Shown in pieces: positions 10,900-23,180 of a stretch of 64,000 nt of DNA. The stretch is taken from NCBI GenBank assembly GCA_016906335.1, contig JADEYG010000009.1:806001-870000 (forward strand). Direction: 5' to 3'. Source of the stretch: Novakomyces olei. Taxonomy: Eukaryota. Numbering within the stretch: the first letter of the stretch is position 1; each line of letters starts with the position of its first letter. A program made the position numbers and the translations under genes. The notes beneath the pieces are model-generated. The model saw only the letters and a list, made by a program, of their open reading frames with translations, searched no databases and had not been told where the DNA came from.

Positions 10900-11704
10900 G
10901 CATGTAACAAAACAGATCAAGGAGGCATGGAGAACATTGCAGGGGAATATAAAGGCGCCAAGCAATAGTTCGAGATTTATATACAGTCGAGAGAGGAGTG
11001 GGACTCCGTCTATATTCGCTTACTCTATCCCACCGTCAAGCCTGGGCTAAGGGGCTGCGTCAACGAAACAATGAGATTTTCTAGTTGCAATTTTGGCTTT
11101 AGTGATTCAATTAATATAACTTCGTCTTTGTTCTCAATGTCCATATAGCGACTATAGCGTAAATACTGCTTCGACTGTAGAAGACCTGTCAACCCGCGGT
11201 TATAAAGACAAACGTTATGCTTGTCAATGCTTTAAATTCTCTCAATCAAGGGCAATCTCTACGCAGAGCTAGCCACGTGACATGGAACAATTGTACAAGG
11301 ACAACCGTTGGCTTTGCTCCTTTTGATAAAGCCTTATCTAGTTCATACAAGACTACATAATAATACCATTTTCCAACTGGACTGGAAAATCTGCCCTTGT
11401 CCCGTTCCTATCTCTTTGCGGTTTTCATCCTGTATTTTAAATTTAGTTGTCTCGTTTAGTCTGCTTGATCTAATGTACTTATTATTCGAACAATTTGTCA
11501 TGTGCAATTTATTTACAAATATGCACGGCAGCCATGACGAACGTGCAATAGAGCAATTTGCTCCTACTAAGCGCTAGTACAATCAATGCTATTGTATTAG
11601 CTCGAATAAAGGCTTGTCTCATAATAATGCTTAAACATGAATAACTTTGTTTTAGTTTGCCTGCGCAAAGCAAGCTCGTCACTTTTAGAAAAAAGTTTAT
11701 AAAA

Positions 11705-11840
<136 letters not shown>

Positions 11841-11853
11841 CCCCTTAAACTGA

Positions 11854-14601
11854 TCAGAACCGGCCGTGCCAGAGACTAGTAATATCAATCCCATCATCAG
11901 ACCGTTTCGCATTGCTCAGATCATTCTGAATCTGCTTATGTTGAGCGGACAAGTACTCCTTGTACCCCGGCGAGTCTAAACTGCCATCTTCCACCATAAA
12001 AGCCATCACTTCATGCTCAGCACCGTCCAGCCCCTGCCTTGCTATCTGTACAAAAGTACAGTTTCTCTGTGGCTGCAACTGCTGCAAGTATTTCAAGATG
12101 TTTCGCGTTTGCACAGACACTCTTGTTTCCAGCGGCGGCAGTGTGGACATGCGTGGATTCAGGTCTTCCAGGCTACGCGCTTCCGGAGCCAGTAAATGCT
12201 GCAGCAGAAGTGGGTTTGTTTGAGCGCAGATGTAGATCAAACTGCCGGCCTGGCCAGTGTTTACAAGGTAAACACCGCCTGGCAGCAAAAAATGCCGGCT
12301 GGCACGTGTTGCCAGTGGCAACTGTAACAGGTTTGAATCGTCAGGGAACCCATCGCCCTCATCCAGATCATGCAGCCCCAGGATTTGCGGGTAGAGCAGC
12401 AATGCCAGTCCCTGGGCACTGAGCCCACGCAGCAGTCTCATGGCCTGTGTACGCACGTCACTTTGCACAGCTCCAGCTCGGAAGGCTCTGCATTTGCCGA
12501 GTGCCAGGGCAATTACAGGCAGGCACTTCAAGTTCTCTGGCAGAATCATTTTACCCTCAGCAGCGTTACTTGCCCCAGAGGTGCAGTAACGCTTATAGGC
12601 GGCCAGTATACGAGCAGCACTGGCGGCAATATGCTCACGCACTATTCGCAGCGGCAGTTTTAGTGCCTCATCCACCGCATGACGCGACATGTGCCCCGCA
12701 ATCGCGTCTAAATCTGCCCCACGTATGACGTCATACGGACTAGTGGTGACGCGTACAGCATAATTGTGGCAGCGGACGCGTCTTTGGCCCTCTGCCGATG
12801 TGTACAGTAACGCGTTTTGAAAGTAAACTAACAGCTTTGTATCCAGTTTACTGCCGTCGTGCCGCAGTACAGCGACAATAGCCTTATCCGCATCGACTGA
12901 GCCAAACAGCACATCGTGTGGGCCTTTTCGCGTATAGTTGCCCATATAATGGTGGATCATTAGCCCGTTTGAGCACCGTGTCGTCATAAGCGCCTGCGTG
13001 CCACGCTCCCTGCCCACGCAACGAGCCACATCCCACGCTACTTTGCCCTCATCCCGCTCTCTGACAAAGTTGGGATAGGCGAATACGTCTCCGCCCGACA
13101 TTGATGCGACTGTGCCAACTGTGGCAACGTCCACGTACGCCGTGGGGAACACAAACAGATCTACGCTCATGCCCACGCCGGCACATTTCTCTCCGAGATT
13201 GTTCCAGTACACATCCTGTGGCACAAACATTGTGTTTTCCGAATCCGTGCCGTACAGCTGCGTTTGCTCCCGGAACCTTAGAGCACCAGGGCCCCAAGTG
13301 GGCAGGGCAGATAGGAAGGAGACCATGTGGCCGCCTCCACAGGCAGCAAAGGCAGTTGCTGCCGTCTCTACTACGGCAGCATAAGCTGGCTCATGCACTT
13401 TGATGGAGCGGAAAAGCCCGTCTAGCCGGTCCAGCAAGTCCTCAATAACATGCCGTGATTCCTGAGGATCAACAAACATGGGCGCCAGTGGCACAAAGGG
13501 CTCTGAAATATCGCTCACTACCAGCATTGCTGCCTGGTCCAGGTGCGGGGACAAGTCGTAAAAGTGCAGACTGCGGTCAAATGTGCAGATAGATACCCGG
13601 GCGGCAGGATGGATACGCAGTCCAGCGGCGGGGGTAGCGGATCCGGTTTGCTCCATGAAAGGTTCATGATTCGTTTCATGATTCGTTTCATGAGTCTCCT
13701 GCTCTTGCGCGGCCTGTTCATTTGTCCCGTAGAGAGCCTGCCGTATAGCCGTGGCAGCTGTAGCAGGAATATCCCGCTTGTAAGCGTCCTCAGACACGTC
13801 TACAGCAAATAGGACATGTAGCGGCTGAGGGGCCACTCCCTCCTGGAACCAGTAGTCTGGGCCCACCAGCATATCCACCGTACCAAACTGCAGCTCTGGC
13901 CGATGATCATAATCCTGCCTTCTTCCTTGTGCGTCTGCGGGAGCGTAATACTCGTCGGGGACACGAGCAGCAAACAGGCAATGGTTACATACTACTCTAG
14001 CTCCACCATCGATAAACTGCATTGCCGGGTTGATGTAGGTTCGGCAGCGGGTGCACCTTGGCGGGCCGCCTGCCATAGTAAAATCTACGACTGGCACAGG
14101 CCGCTCTTCAGGCCGCTGCTGAGCTAAAGGCTGGAGCACGAGTGCCAGAGGAACTCCTCCACTCTGAGCACAGCCCTCCGTTGCCGGAAAGCACGTCGTT
14201 GTCGGCCTGACAAACTTGGGCGTAGCGATCCCCGTATCAATGGCCACGTAGTCTGTAGTCGCCAGCGGCAGCATCCCGTCCCGGTGGGCCAGAGTATCAA
14301 AGACCTGCAGCCTGTACCGTTCTTGATCTTTTGCCCTTTCCTCTGGCAGCGAGGGCAATCGCTCTAATTTAACATGCACGTCTGTACCGTCCTGATCCTG
14401 CCGAGGCTCGTGGGGTATAGGCGCCTCCGTTGGCTGCATATACGACGTGTCAAAGGCCCGGGCTGGCTTGGCCTTTCGACGCGCAGAGCCGTCCATACTC
14501 AGCGACGAAACTTGTGACGCTAATCCGTCCGCTGAGGACACTGCGGGATTTGGATCTGCAGCAGTTAGTTGTGCCATTAGATTATTGTATGGTGCGTACA
14601 T
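11854..14601 (-). CDS. SFB3: COPII coat subunit, Sec24 family (Sfb3/Lst1/SEC24C-D type)
   Basis: Zinc finger PPRCTRCRTYINP..CNHC, trunk FAVDVS/TFDRSLHFY, YFQNALLYT..GQRRVR, LPENLK helical and gelsolin regions. Confidence 0.9.
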   Translation of the reverse strand: MYAPYNNLMAQLTAADPNPAVSSADGLASQVSSLSMDGSARRKAKPARAFDTSYMQPTEAPIPHEPRQDQDGTDVHVKLERLPSLPEERAKDQERYRLQVFDTLAHRDGMLPLATTDYVAIDTGIATPKFVRPTTTCFPATEGCAQSGGVPLALVLQPLAQQRPEERPVPVVDFTMAGGPPRCTRCRTYINPAMQFIDGGARVVCNHCLFAARVPDEYYAPADAQGRRQDYDHRPELQFGTVDMLVGPDYWFQEGVAPQPLHVLFAVDVSEDAYKRDIPATAATAIRQALYGTNEQAAQEQETHETNHETNHEPFMEQTGSATPAAGLRIHPAARVSICTFDRSLHFYDLSPHLDQAAMLVVSDISEPFVPLAPMFVDPQESRHVIEDLLDRLDGLFRSIKVHEPAYAAVVETAATAFAACGGGHMVSFLSALPTWGPGALRFREQTQLYGTDSENTMFVPQDVYWNNLGEKCAGVGMSVDLFVFPTAYVDVATVGTVASMSGGDVFAYPNFVRERDEGKVAWDVARCVGRERGTQALMTTRCSNGLMIHHYMGNYTRKGPHDVLFGSVDADKAIVAVLRHDGSKLDTKLLVYFQNALLYTSAEGQRRVRCHNYAVRVTTSPYDVIRGADLDAIAGHMSRHAVDEALKLPLRIVREHIAASAARILAAYKRYCTSGASNAAEGKMILPENLKCLPVIALALGKCRAFRAGAVQSDVRTQAMRLLRGLSAQGLALLLYPQILGLHDLDEGDGFPDDSNLLQLPLATRASRHFLLPGGVYLVNTGQAGSLIYICAQTNPLLLQHLLAPEARSLEDLNPRMSTLPPLETRVSVQTRNILKYLQQLQPQRNCTFVQIARQGLDGAEHEVMAFMVEDGSLDSPGYKEYLSAQHKQIQNDLSNAKRSDDGIDITSLWHGRF

Positions 14602-14734
14602 TGCACTGCGCCAGGCTGCGCCATGTTGGCAGTTTGCAGCCCGCGTGGATGTGGTCTAAACCTGCGTGCTGTGTTTAATATTTGCTCAGCTGTTTGGCTT
14701 TAGTACATCTGATGGTATAGAATTCAAGGTTATA

Positions 14735-14811
14735 TTAGGTTTAGGGTTTGCTAGGGTTTGCTAGGGTTAATTGGTAAATCCAGGTTGAGGCAAGAATACG
14801 TATCTAACCCT
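14735..14811. promoter_or_regulatory. Cluster of telomere-like (T/C)TAGGGTT sites, putative Tbf1/Teb1/Tay1-type binding sites
   Basis: TTAGGGTTTG CTAGGGTTTG CTAGGGTTAA (10-bp period) plus TAACCCT at 14805, upstream of the Sec24 gene. Confidence 0.5.
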
Positions 14812-15170
14812 GATATCTACCTAAATATGCTATCCGTCAACGTGGATTACCGGTATTATCTGTGTATTTTATGATTGCAAGACTGATTTTTTTTTAACTA
14901 CATAAATAAATAAATAATTTATTTAATGTTAAAAAGCTTTAGTTTTCTGAATCATCGTGTTGTACAGCACGATTCACGTTCACTGTAGCGCCACATAGCT
15001 CAATCGATTCTACTCTTGCTTCTAAACAGTGCGACATCACTAGATCTGGCCTAATAACTCACAAAACCCGTGTACTACTTTTCCAAGTGCCACCTTTAGT
15101 TTACTGTAAATTTGTCATTGTCTATATACAAGCATCAGTCTCAAGTGCACGGCTTTGAGTATAAACCTGC

Positions 15171-15627
15171 TCAGTCTGCCATTGGCGTGTCGACAGAAGC
15201 ATCAACATCATGTCCCACAATCTTTTGCACTGGCTCCTGAAGGTCAGGAAAATTCTGGGTCAGCTTTTGTGCCAAAACTTCACTGAATGCAGACATGGCT
15301 TCCAGTTTGCCGTTCACGAATTGATTATCCTTTTGAAGCAGCTCTGAAAACTGCCGAGTGTAGACGTCAGGGTTACGGCCCCCTTCAACGTACAGCAGCA
15401 CGTCCTGTGGGATTTCTACCTGTACATCCTTGTTGGCCTGCACAACGCCGTCCATAGCATGAACTACATCGTTCCTATCAGAGTTAGAAATTGCACAGAG
15501 TGCTCAATTACATTCGACGTGACACCAGCGTTGCCGGAGTTTCTTCATGCATTGTATACACAAGCGCGGCAGCCTCATAGAGCTCATTAGTGAGCCGCAG
15601 TAGGCGGTCGCCCAGCTCCTCTGCCAT
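15171..15627 (-). CDS. MED10: Mediator subunit Med10 (2 exons)
   Basis: EIPQDVLLYVEGGRNPDVYTRQF..NQFVNGK; intron 15475-15511 (GTAATT..CTAAC..TAG). Confidence 0.92.
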
Positions 15628-15790
15628 GCTACATGTGGGTATGCTTGTCTGCACGTACTTTTTACATTATTTATTTCTAATCGAGTAATATTGTCTAATC
15701 GAAATTATATTAAATTTATATTCGAATATACAAATTGTTGGAATATGGATCTATTATCCTCTCAAATATCTTTTGTTTGCTCTCTTTCTA

Positions 15791-15820
15791 ATTCAGATAC
15801 ATTCAGATATATTCAGATAC
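15791..15820. repeat. (ATTCAGATAY)3 upstream of MED10
   Basis: Three tandem 10-mers. Confidence 0.8.
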
Positions 15821-16066
15821 ATTTATCGTGCGTGCCACTTCTTGACAATAGTTATACTGGATCTCATTTTGAAGATGTTAGTTATAGATGGCCCAAGCAA
15901 ACCCTCAATTCTTTTGGGGGATTCAGCTAAAGCTTTCGTGAGTTTTCAATTCAAATATTCTATCATAATAACAATATCCACCTATAATTCATAAATAAAT
16001 AAATATTTAATTAAACGTAAATTGAACCTAGTCGCCAGACTCTATAATCACAATTATATACATAAA

Positions 16067-17111
16067 TTACTCGATGCGATGACCGCGACCGGCCTCTCCA
16101 TCTTGCTGAGTGAGCGGCTGCATTCTGTTCTCATGAGCAGCCAGACGAGCTTTGAATTTACGCAGCCGCCTTTCCAAACCTGCATTACGCCTCAGCTCTG
16201 ATTTTGTAAGCATCACGCTGCACCCGGCCACTGGGCACTCGGCACGTCCCGCTGGTGCCGACCGCAAGTATTCACGTATGGCCTCCTCTTCAAAGAAATG
16301 CCGGCAAGTTCGTGCTTGTAAAGGTTTCGTAACGATTTGTAGAGTCAGGGGACATTTAAATGTGGGCAGAGCGGAGGTCACTACGAGCTCTTCGTCTGAC
16401 GACTCGTCATCCTCGTCCTGATGATGCGCTTTGCGTTTCAGGTACGCATCGTTGGGCGGCATTGCATTGGGACTTTCATCGTGATCCAGCTCCCATATTT
16501 CCTGGCGGTACTCTGTCAGCAGCCGGCTGGCTGCGGACTGGTCTGAGCCAGGATCGAGCATACGTTCCCATACAGGCTTCTCCATATAGCCCGCCTTTCG
16601 CCGTTGCCATTCTTCGTCATACATCTTGTCCAATACTTTCTATGACGCGTCAGCATGGATAATCTATGCTTGTATACCGATATAAAGTCTGCGTGGTCCT
16701 TGCGCATTGCTTCGAGAACCTGTAAAGGCAACGCTTCTGATACGTGTTTAGTATCGGCCAGATCGATTACCGCTTGTTCCAACGCGTCGCGTCGCTACTA
16801 CGTGTCAGCTTCTGTCTCAAACAATTTAGAGTCATTCTCACCTCTGCAGCTTCCGCCTCGTCATCAAGGTCGTCTACTGCCATTGTAGCCGCTGTCAGCG
16901 TCTGCACAACCCGGCCAGCTAGGCCCTGTAGCATATCATGCACTAGAGGAATCCCTTTTCGCTCAATGAGCACGAGCTCAGAGGCAGCCAGGCAAGCGTG
17001 AGAGCGATCCTCGTCAATCCATGTGACCGCATCATCATTGGCACGTGAAATACCGACCGCTGTATCGGCATACCGGGAAGTTGACGCTCTGGATGGCGTC
17101 ACTGCCGGCAT
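16067..17111 (-). CDS. NSE2: Smc5/6 SUMO E3 ligase Nse2/Mms21 (3 exons)
   Basis: SP-RING FKCPLT..CRHFFE..I..CPVAGC preceded by acidic DEELVV; introns 16795-16841 and 16640-16677 join three ORF-track fragments. Confidence 0.85.
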
Positions 17112-17971
17112 CACCTTGTCGTTTGGGGAGGCCTCATGAAAAGCCGCTTTACTATAGTTGACTTTTAATTAATTTTTATTTGTATTTTATTTTTGTATTC
17201 TATTTTTGTATTTTATTTTTGTATTTTATTTTTGTATATTGTTAATTTGTATATTATATTTTGTGTTTATTATTTTGCGTTTATTTTATTGTGTTTTATT
17301 ATTTGTATATTATTATCTATTTTCTCGTATCAAAGAATAATACACTTGACGCGTGAGCTTTCCGTACGTTATCAAATTATTGCTCATCGAAATATGCATT
17401 AAAAGATTGCAATAAAGCTAAACCTATTAAATTTCAATATCTGCTCTTACGCACTACAATCAACCGTTTTAGCCCACGAATCGTTGCCAATATATTTGTT
17501 TCGTCGTCATAGGTTGGTTACGATGGGTCGCGTAAGTCTGCAAGTATAGTGTGATTGCTTGTTTGATGATACAAGTATTTTCAAGTCTGAATAATAATGG
17601 CACTATAATTGTATGTACCGTTTACAAACCGTATAGAGCATAGCGCTATAACGCTCGCTATACATAGTACAAATTCAAACTCAACTTTTGCACAAATAAT
17701 ATATTTGTAGTTCTCACAACCTTCGTCCCTAACTAAACCTCGTTTCGAAAAGGCCTCTGAGCTACTCGAATCTGTGTAGAGCCAACAAGTGGGTCGCGCG
17801 GGTTTTCCACACTCTGTGAACCTTGAACAGGGCGGCTGTGCATTACTGTGCTATCAAGTGCACAGATATCTTTTGCTCACTCTTTTCGTTTTTGTATTGG
17901 TGTCTTTATAGTCTTTTTCTCTTTGTGCGTGCGTTTGCCCACTGTCTCGTGACCAACGGGCTTCTATTGCA

Positions 17972-20466
17972 ATGGCGGTAAGGTTACATGAGGTTGCAAG
18001 GGACCTTGCTAACGTGTAAAGGGAAAGTTTTCCAGTTCTTCAACAGGCCGATCACGATTTTCTTCCGGTCCAAGACATCATGTGCCTAACGTGACGGTAG
18101 CAGATATCAAGGGCCAACGCCTTCTTATTACTGCTGATATTCGAGGTATAGAGTCCTTCTACGTACACATCAGCTTATATTTTTAGGCGATATTTCACAG
18201 CTGAACACGCTCGCGGACGAATTAGACGTGGAGGCGATCATTCATACTGGCGATTTTGGGTTTTTTGACGACGATTCTCTCGATGACTTGAGCGACCAGT
18301 ATGGAAAATAATTTTAAATTTCGTTTTGGCTCTTTGACTTGTTTTTGGTTTATTGTACAATCTGAATTCGCAAGCGTATAAGCATTTCTTTCCCTTTACC
18401 TGCGACTATTTCTCGCCTTGGCTTGTTCCTATGTTCTTCATATGCTTCCATTATTCATTTCAGTTGCACTCTTTTGAACACTATTTTGTCGTATAGTACG
18501 CATTTTACACATTGATTTTAAAGTTGTCTATTATTCATGCTTTCCAAGTTCATTTCTAACTTGCAACAGATCTCTCCGCTATATCGTGCAGTACTCGCCG
18601 CTTGTACGCAAGCAAGCAAATCGCAATCCACGTCTGAGCACGCATTCATCTAATCGTGCTAGTGCTGTTCGTGAGGCTGTGCGTTCAAGTGAAGTACCTT
18701 TACTCTCAGAGCTCTCGCTCTTTATACGTGGGGAAAAACGGCTGAATGTGCCTGTTTACACGGTATACGGAAGTAACGAGGACGTACATGTACTAGAAAA
18801 GTTCCGTACTGGCGAGTACAAAGTACCAAATTTGTACCTTGTGGATGAAACAAGTACCCGTTCTCTCGATATCGGTGGTGTAAAGTTCCGGCTTTTCGGA
18901 CTGGGTGGAGCTTATCTTCCCCTCAAGCTTTTTGATAATGGCAGTGGAAAGTCCACAATGGCTGGTGGAGGCGGAGCCATGTGGATAACGGTCTTACAAA
19001 TGGGAGAGCTTATGGAAACGGCCCGTTCAGTCTATGATCGAAGTGAGACGCGTGTCTTTCTATCCCACCAATCCCCCGGGCGGGAGGCATTACTGTTGCA
19101 ATTGGCATCGGAACTGAGAGCCGATTTTACGGTTTCAGCGGGTCTGCATTTCAAGTATGCCACATGCTACAACGAGTACAGTGTGAACCCAAACCCGGAG
19201 CATTTGGCGCTGAGACTGGCTTCCTCTCGCAAAGTCTTTATGGATGTATGGCTGGCAGTTCGAGACCGGGTTGAGCAGCTTTTGGAGGGCGATCAGCGGC
19301 TGCAGGTGGACAATGTTTTGCGTTTAGTTGAAAATATGCCTCAGGATTCTACAGCTGCGGCAAGTATTCATGACGCCGTTTTCAAGGCGCTCTGGCACTT
19401 TAATGTACCCGACAACGCCTTTGCTCGTGTCGTTTGGACCGTTCAAGACGGACAGGTATCGGTTGAGACAAAATCAGCGGGATTTAATTTCCTTACTCGA
19501 CGTCCGGCTGCTTCTACTGAGGACTCTTTGGCTGGAAGTGTGGCACGGTACTCTTCTCCCAAACCAGTCTCCCGTAGAGCAAGGGAAAAAGATCATGAAG
19601 AAGGAGCAGCAAACACTAACAACAGCAGCATCAGCAATGGATCTTCAAAGCCGGATCTAGCTGCGACTGTTTCAAGCACTAAAGTCCAAAGCAGTACAAA
19701 AGCAGCCCAACAAACTACAAACGCTTCTTCAGCGAACGAACTGTCTGCTAATGCCCCGAGCAGTGAGTCCAATGGTGAACAGACTGCGCCTACGCCCTCC
19801 GCTCCTTCTACTGTCTCTGCACGTAAAGATCCGGTTGGAGCGAAACCCAAGTTTGGGTACCATATTTCTCCCTGTGCTTCGGAAGAAGAGGCCCGGTCAT
19901 ATTTCACTGATGCCGAGGCTGCCTCGAAGATTTTGGGGGTAGAAATCAGGGAGAGCAGTGGTCCGAGACGCACGACTAGTGCAAGTACAAATGCTAATAA
20001 TAATAGCAATAACAATAATAGTAATAACGAGGCCAATTCTACACTTTCTGTACACAAATTTGCTCTTGTGTACATGGCGAGCCCTGCAGAAGTCAGTGCT
20101 GTTCGTGGATCTATTAATGCTCCAGAGGGAGTGCGGGTACGTGAAATTCAGCAAAGGTCAGCTCCATCTTGGCCGGGTAACAAGGAGAATCCAGCTTCTG
20201 GTGGCAGTTCTAGGTCTTTGCGGGGCAATTCTCTGCGTCGCCGTGGGACTACTGGCCGAGGCAGTAAAACCGAGTCTGGCCAAGGTTCAGGTCCAGGTCA
20301 AAGTTCCAGTCAGACTGGGTCAAATTCTACCACAACTTCGGCTCCATCACGTCCTTCGCAAGGCGGTTCTGGAGCCAGTGCTACTCCTGCATCTACTGAC
20401 GCCGTATCAGATAACGCTAGCGCAAATGGCGTTGCTGGCGGCGCCGATAAAAAATCAACATCGTGA
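17972..20466 (+). CDS. DUF2433-type conserved fungal protein (metallophosphoesterase-like N-terminus, low-complexity C-terminus), 4 exons
   Basis: RLLITADIRG|DISQLN..IIHTGDFGFFD, VYTVYGSNEDV, ADFTVSAGLHF; introns about 17978-18021, 18146-18186 and 18299-18569. Confidence 0.75.
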
Positions 20467-20652
20467 GCTTTGAAATAGAATATAAATATTAAATATTCAT
20501 GTTTGTTATGCCTTGGACAATGTATTATTCGCGCCTTGTATGTGAATACGTCTGGAAATAGTAGAATAATTAATATTTATTGTCATTGTCACTGTCATTG
20601 CCATTTGTTCGTTTGTTTATTTATTTATAAGATAGGTTGATCCGAGTCGATG

Positions 20653-20765
20653 AACCCTAATTCTTCGTGACACTAATGTTTATGGTTAAATCATTTTAAG
20701 CAAGTAATGGGAAATTTAAAAAGGGGTAGAATTAGGGTTAGGTTTAGGGTTGGAGGTAACCCTAA
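20653..20765. promoter_or_regulatory. Four TTAGGG/CCCTAA telomere-like sites upstream of the telobox gene
   Basis: AACCCTAA 20653, TTAGGGTT 20732 and 20744, TAACCCTAA 20757. Confidence 0.5.
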
Positions 20766-21323
20766 GCCGGACATTACCCAATCTGGACAGCGGAATCTGT
20801 TTCAGCCATTCCGCGCCAACTAGTCAAAATTATCACGATAGACAAACTGCAATTGAGCAATCGAATAGATGGTATTTATGCAAAGTTTCAGCCCTGCTCC
20901 CGTACATTGTCCGCGGTTTGTGGCATTAGCTAGGTTAATCTTGTGTAGTTCATTATTGCTTTAGATAAGCTTTTGTTTAGGCGTTACATGTTTATATATA
21001 GTAATATTGCAGGCAACTTTACTTGAATGTTCTCCGACATTTGTTTTGGGACAAGAGCGAAATAAGAGGGAATCGCTGCATGTTGTTTACCTTTGACCAG
21101 TCGCTTCCGTTTCCTTTGCCCTATTTCCGCGTTCAAAGCCCCAAATTGCACGCGTCCGGCCATTTGCGTATGCGCATCGTGTTACGCTAACCAGGAACCC
21201 CTACCTTGTATTCCTGATCGCAAAGAGCGGAGGCCGATACAGTAGCCAGGACTAGAATAATAGCGGGCAAACAGTACATCAGAGCGCACAAGCGGCCAGC
21301 AGTTTCTAGGGCTTACCGAGGCC

Positions 21324-23180
21324 ATGTCTGATCCTCGTCCTCAAGCAAAACGGCCACGAGGTCGCCCAAAGGCTAAAGTCGCTCCTAACAACGCGGGAGC
21401 AGCTTTGGCAGGTACGCCTTCGGCTTCTCAACAGCCTGCTAGCACGGGTGCTCCGACTCTGGAGCCGGCGTCCTCAGCACCAGCACCCCCATCCACAGAG
21501 CAAGTGCCAATTGCTCAGGATATTGGTCTGGAAGAGCATGACGATGCAAACGCTTCGCAAGTTACAAAACCCAATTTTACGAGTCCTAATGTGCAGATAC
21601 CTGTGTCTGTCACATCAAACCAGCCTGGAGAGATTCGGGACGGGAATGGATCTGCCGTGCCTGGCGCAGATCAGACGGTAGGAACTGAGCTGCCGGTTGC
21701 AGGCGCAATGAGCGCAGCAGAATTACTGAGCTCGTTGAATGGAGACTCTTACAAGATTGCGGCTCGTAAAGTGATCCAAGAGTTTTTGCGTTTACGCGAT
21801 CCGGTCGACATTTTGAAGCCTTCTTCGCTTCCAGAGATTGAGGGTGATAGGTCACGTTTACGCAGTCGCATCGAGACTGCAGATGGACTTTGCTTCAAAC
21901 AAACTCTTCAGAGCTATACTGTTTTGGGGTCGACTGTATGTGAAGCTGTCAAGGCTCCAGTTGTCGAATTGTACACGGCTTACATGCTTTCTACCTCGTC
22001 CAGCAATGCACTGCGCAGCGTGGCTCATAGGTTTTTGTTGTGGAATCCTTTTGTTCCGGTGTTTGATCCAGTGCTCACCGTTGAATTGTTTTTTGAGACC
22101 TTTCAATACTATTACACTGACCGGAAGCGTGTCGTTTTGAGTGGGAAACAGGCAGTAGAAGCAGCGTGGGAGGAAGAGCATCGTATTTTATTGCAAGAAT
22201 TTTCACAGTTTGATCTTTTGCAAACACTTTCTCTATGGAAAGATGCACCTGCATTGGATACAGACAAGGCTCAATTGCAACAGAAGCGGGACAGTTTGTT
22301 AAGTCGATTGGAGAAGGACGATTTCGATCCAAACGATGGTAGGCAAACTTTTTATCTTGGCTTTGCTCTGTATAAATGGGTACAGGACGTGGAGGCAAAC
22401 TTGATCTCTCGTGGTCGGCGCTACAAAGTGCTGCCGGATAACAGGAGTGCGCCACAAGCGGGTCAAGACTTCTCTTCACAGGAGGTGAGCGCCTTTTACA
22501 GTGGAAATGGAGAAACAAGCACCGGCCGGGAAGCAAAACCTTTCACTGACTTGGCTCATCCTGGAGAGAAGAAAGAAGGCACAGAAAAGCCGCAAAAGCA
22601 GGTCCGTAAGAAAAGGAGCAATGTACGGAGAGGAAGGGCCGTCTCTCCCATAAATGACAGTGAGAGTAAAGCCGCAGGTAGCCCTGCACACTTCCCAAGC
22701 CCTTCCGCCGAGGATTTGGCAAACTTTGATTCAATGGAGCCATGGAGTGATTCAAAGAAGTCTGGTATATTTTCTCGTGACCGGGCACAGGATATGCAGA
22801 ATCATGCACCAGAAGAAGAGGATTTGATCGAGTACGTTGTCGGTTCATTAGGAACAAACAGGCGGCAGCGTGGACACATTGTTCAAGACGAGTTGGCCGG
22901 TGTTAGGCCTCGAAGGATCAATAATCCATTTACTCTTGAAATGGAGTATGAAGTGGTCCGTATGGTAAAGCTGTTTGGGCCACGGTGGACACAAATTCAG
23001 AGCTTTCAAGAGCAGTATAATCGCTGTCTGCGCGGCCGTTCTCAAGTCGATCTCAAGGACAAGGCACGCAATATGAAAAAGCGTGCTATTAGAGTCGGGC
23101 TTTATCCGCAACTGTACAAAATCACGCGGAACTGGGGGCTGATAGCTCCACGTGGCCCTGTCCCGGCGGCACAAGAGTAA
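21324..23180 (+). CDS. Telomeric repeat-binding protein, Taz1/TRF-like (AT-hook, helical core, C-terminal telobox Myb)
   Basis: KRPRGRPK AT-hook; Myb FT.E.E......FGPRW..I......LRGRSQVDLKDKARNMK with the telobox signature. Confidence 0.8.
   Translation: MSDPRPQAKRPRGRPKAKVAPNNAGAALAGTPSASQQPASTGAPTLEPASSAPAPPSTEQVPIAQDIGLEEHDDANASQVTKPNFTSPNVQIPVSVTSNQPGEIRDGNGSAVPGADQTVGTELPVAGAMSAAELLSSLNGDSYKIAARKVIQEFLRLRDPVDILKPSSLPEIEGDRSRLRSRIETADGLCFKQTLQSYTVLGSTVCEAVKAPVVELYTAYMLSTSSSNALRSVAHRFLLWNPFVPVFDPVLTVELFFETFQYYYTDRKRVVLSGKQAVEAAWEEEHRILLQEFSQFDLLQTLSLWKDAPALDTDKAQLQQKRDSLLSRLEKDDFDPNDGRQTFYLGFALYKWVQDVEANLISRGRRYKVLPDNRSAPQAGQDFSSQEVSAFYSGNGETSTGREAKPFTDLAHPGEKKEGTEKPQKQVRKKRSNVRRGRAVSPINDSESKAAGSPAHFPSPSAEDLANFDSMEPWSDSKKSGIFSRDRAQDMQNHAPEEEDLIEYVVGSLGTNRRQRGHIVQDELAGVRPRRINNPFTLEMEYEVVRMVKLFGPRWTQIQSFQEQYNRCLRGRSQVDLKDKARNMKKRAIRVGLYPQLYKITRNWGLIAPRGPVPAAQE

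Noticed and set aside
14945..15040. Hairpins that might be an H/ACA snoRNA
   Set aside because: No ANANNA box between the stems and weak pairing; probably MED10 3' region
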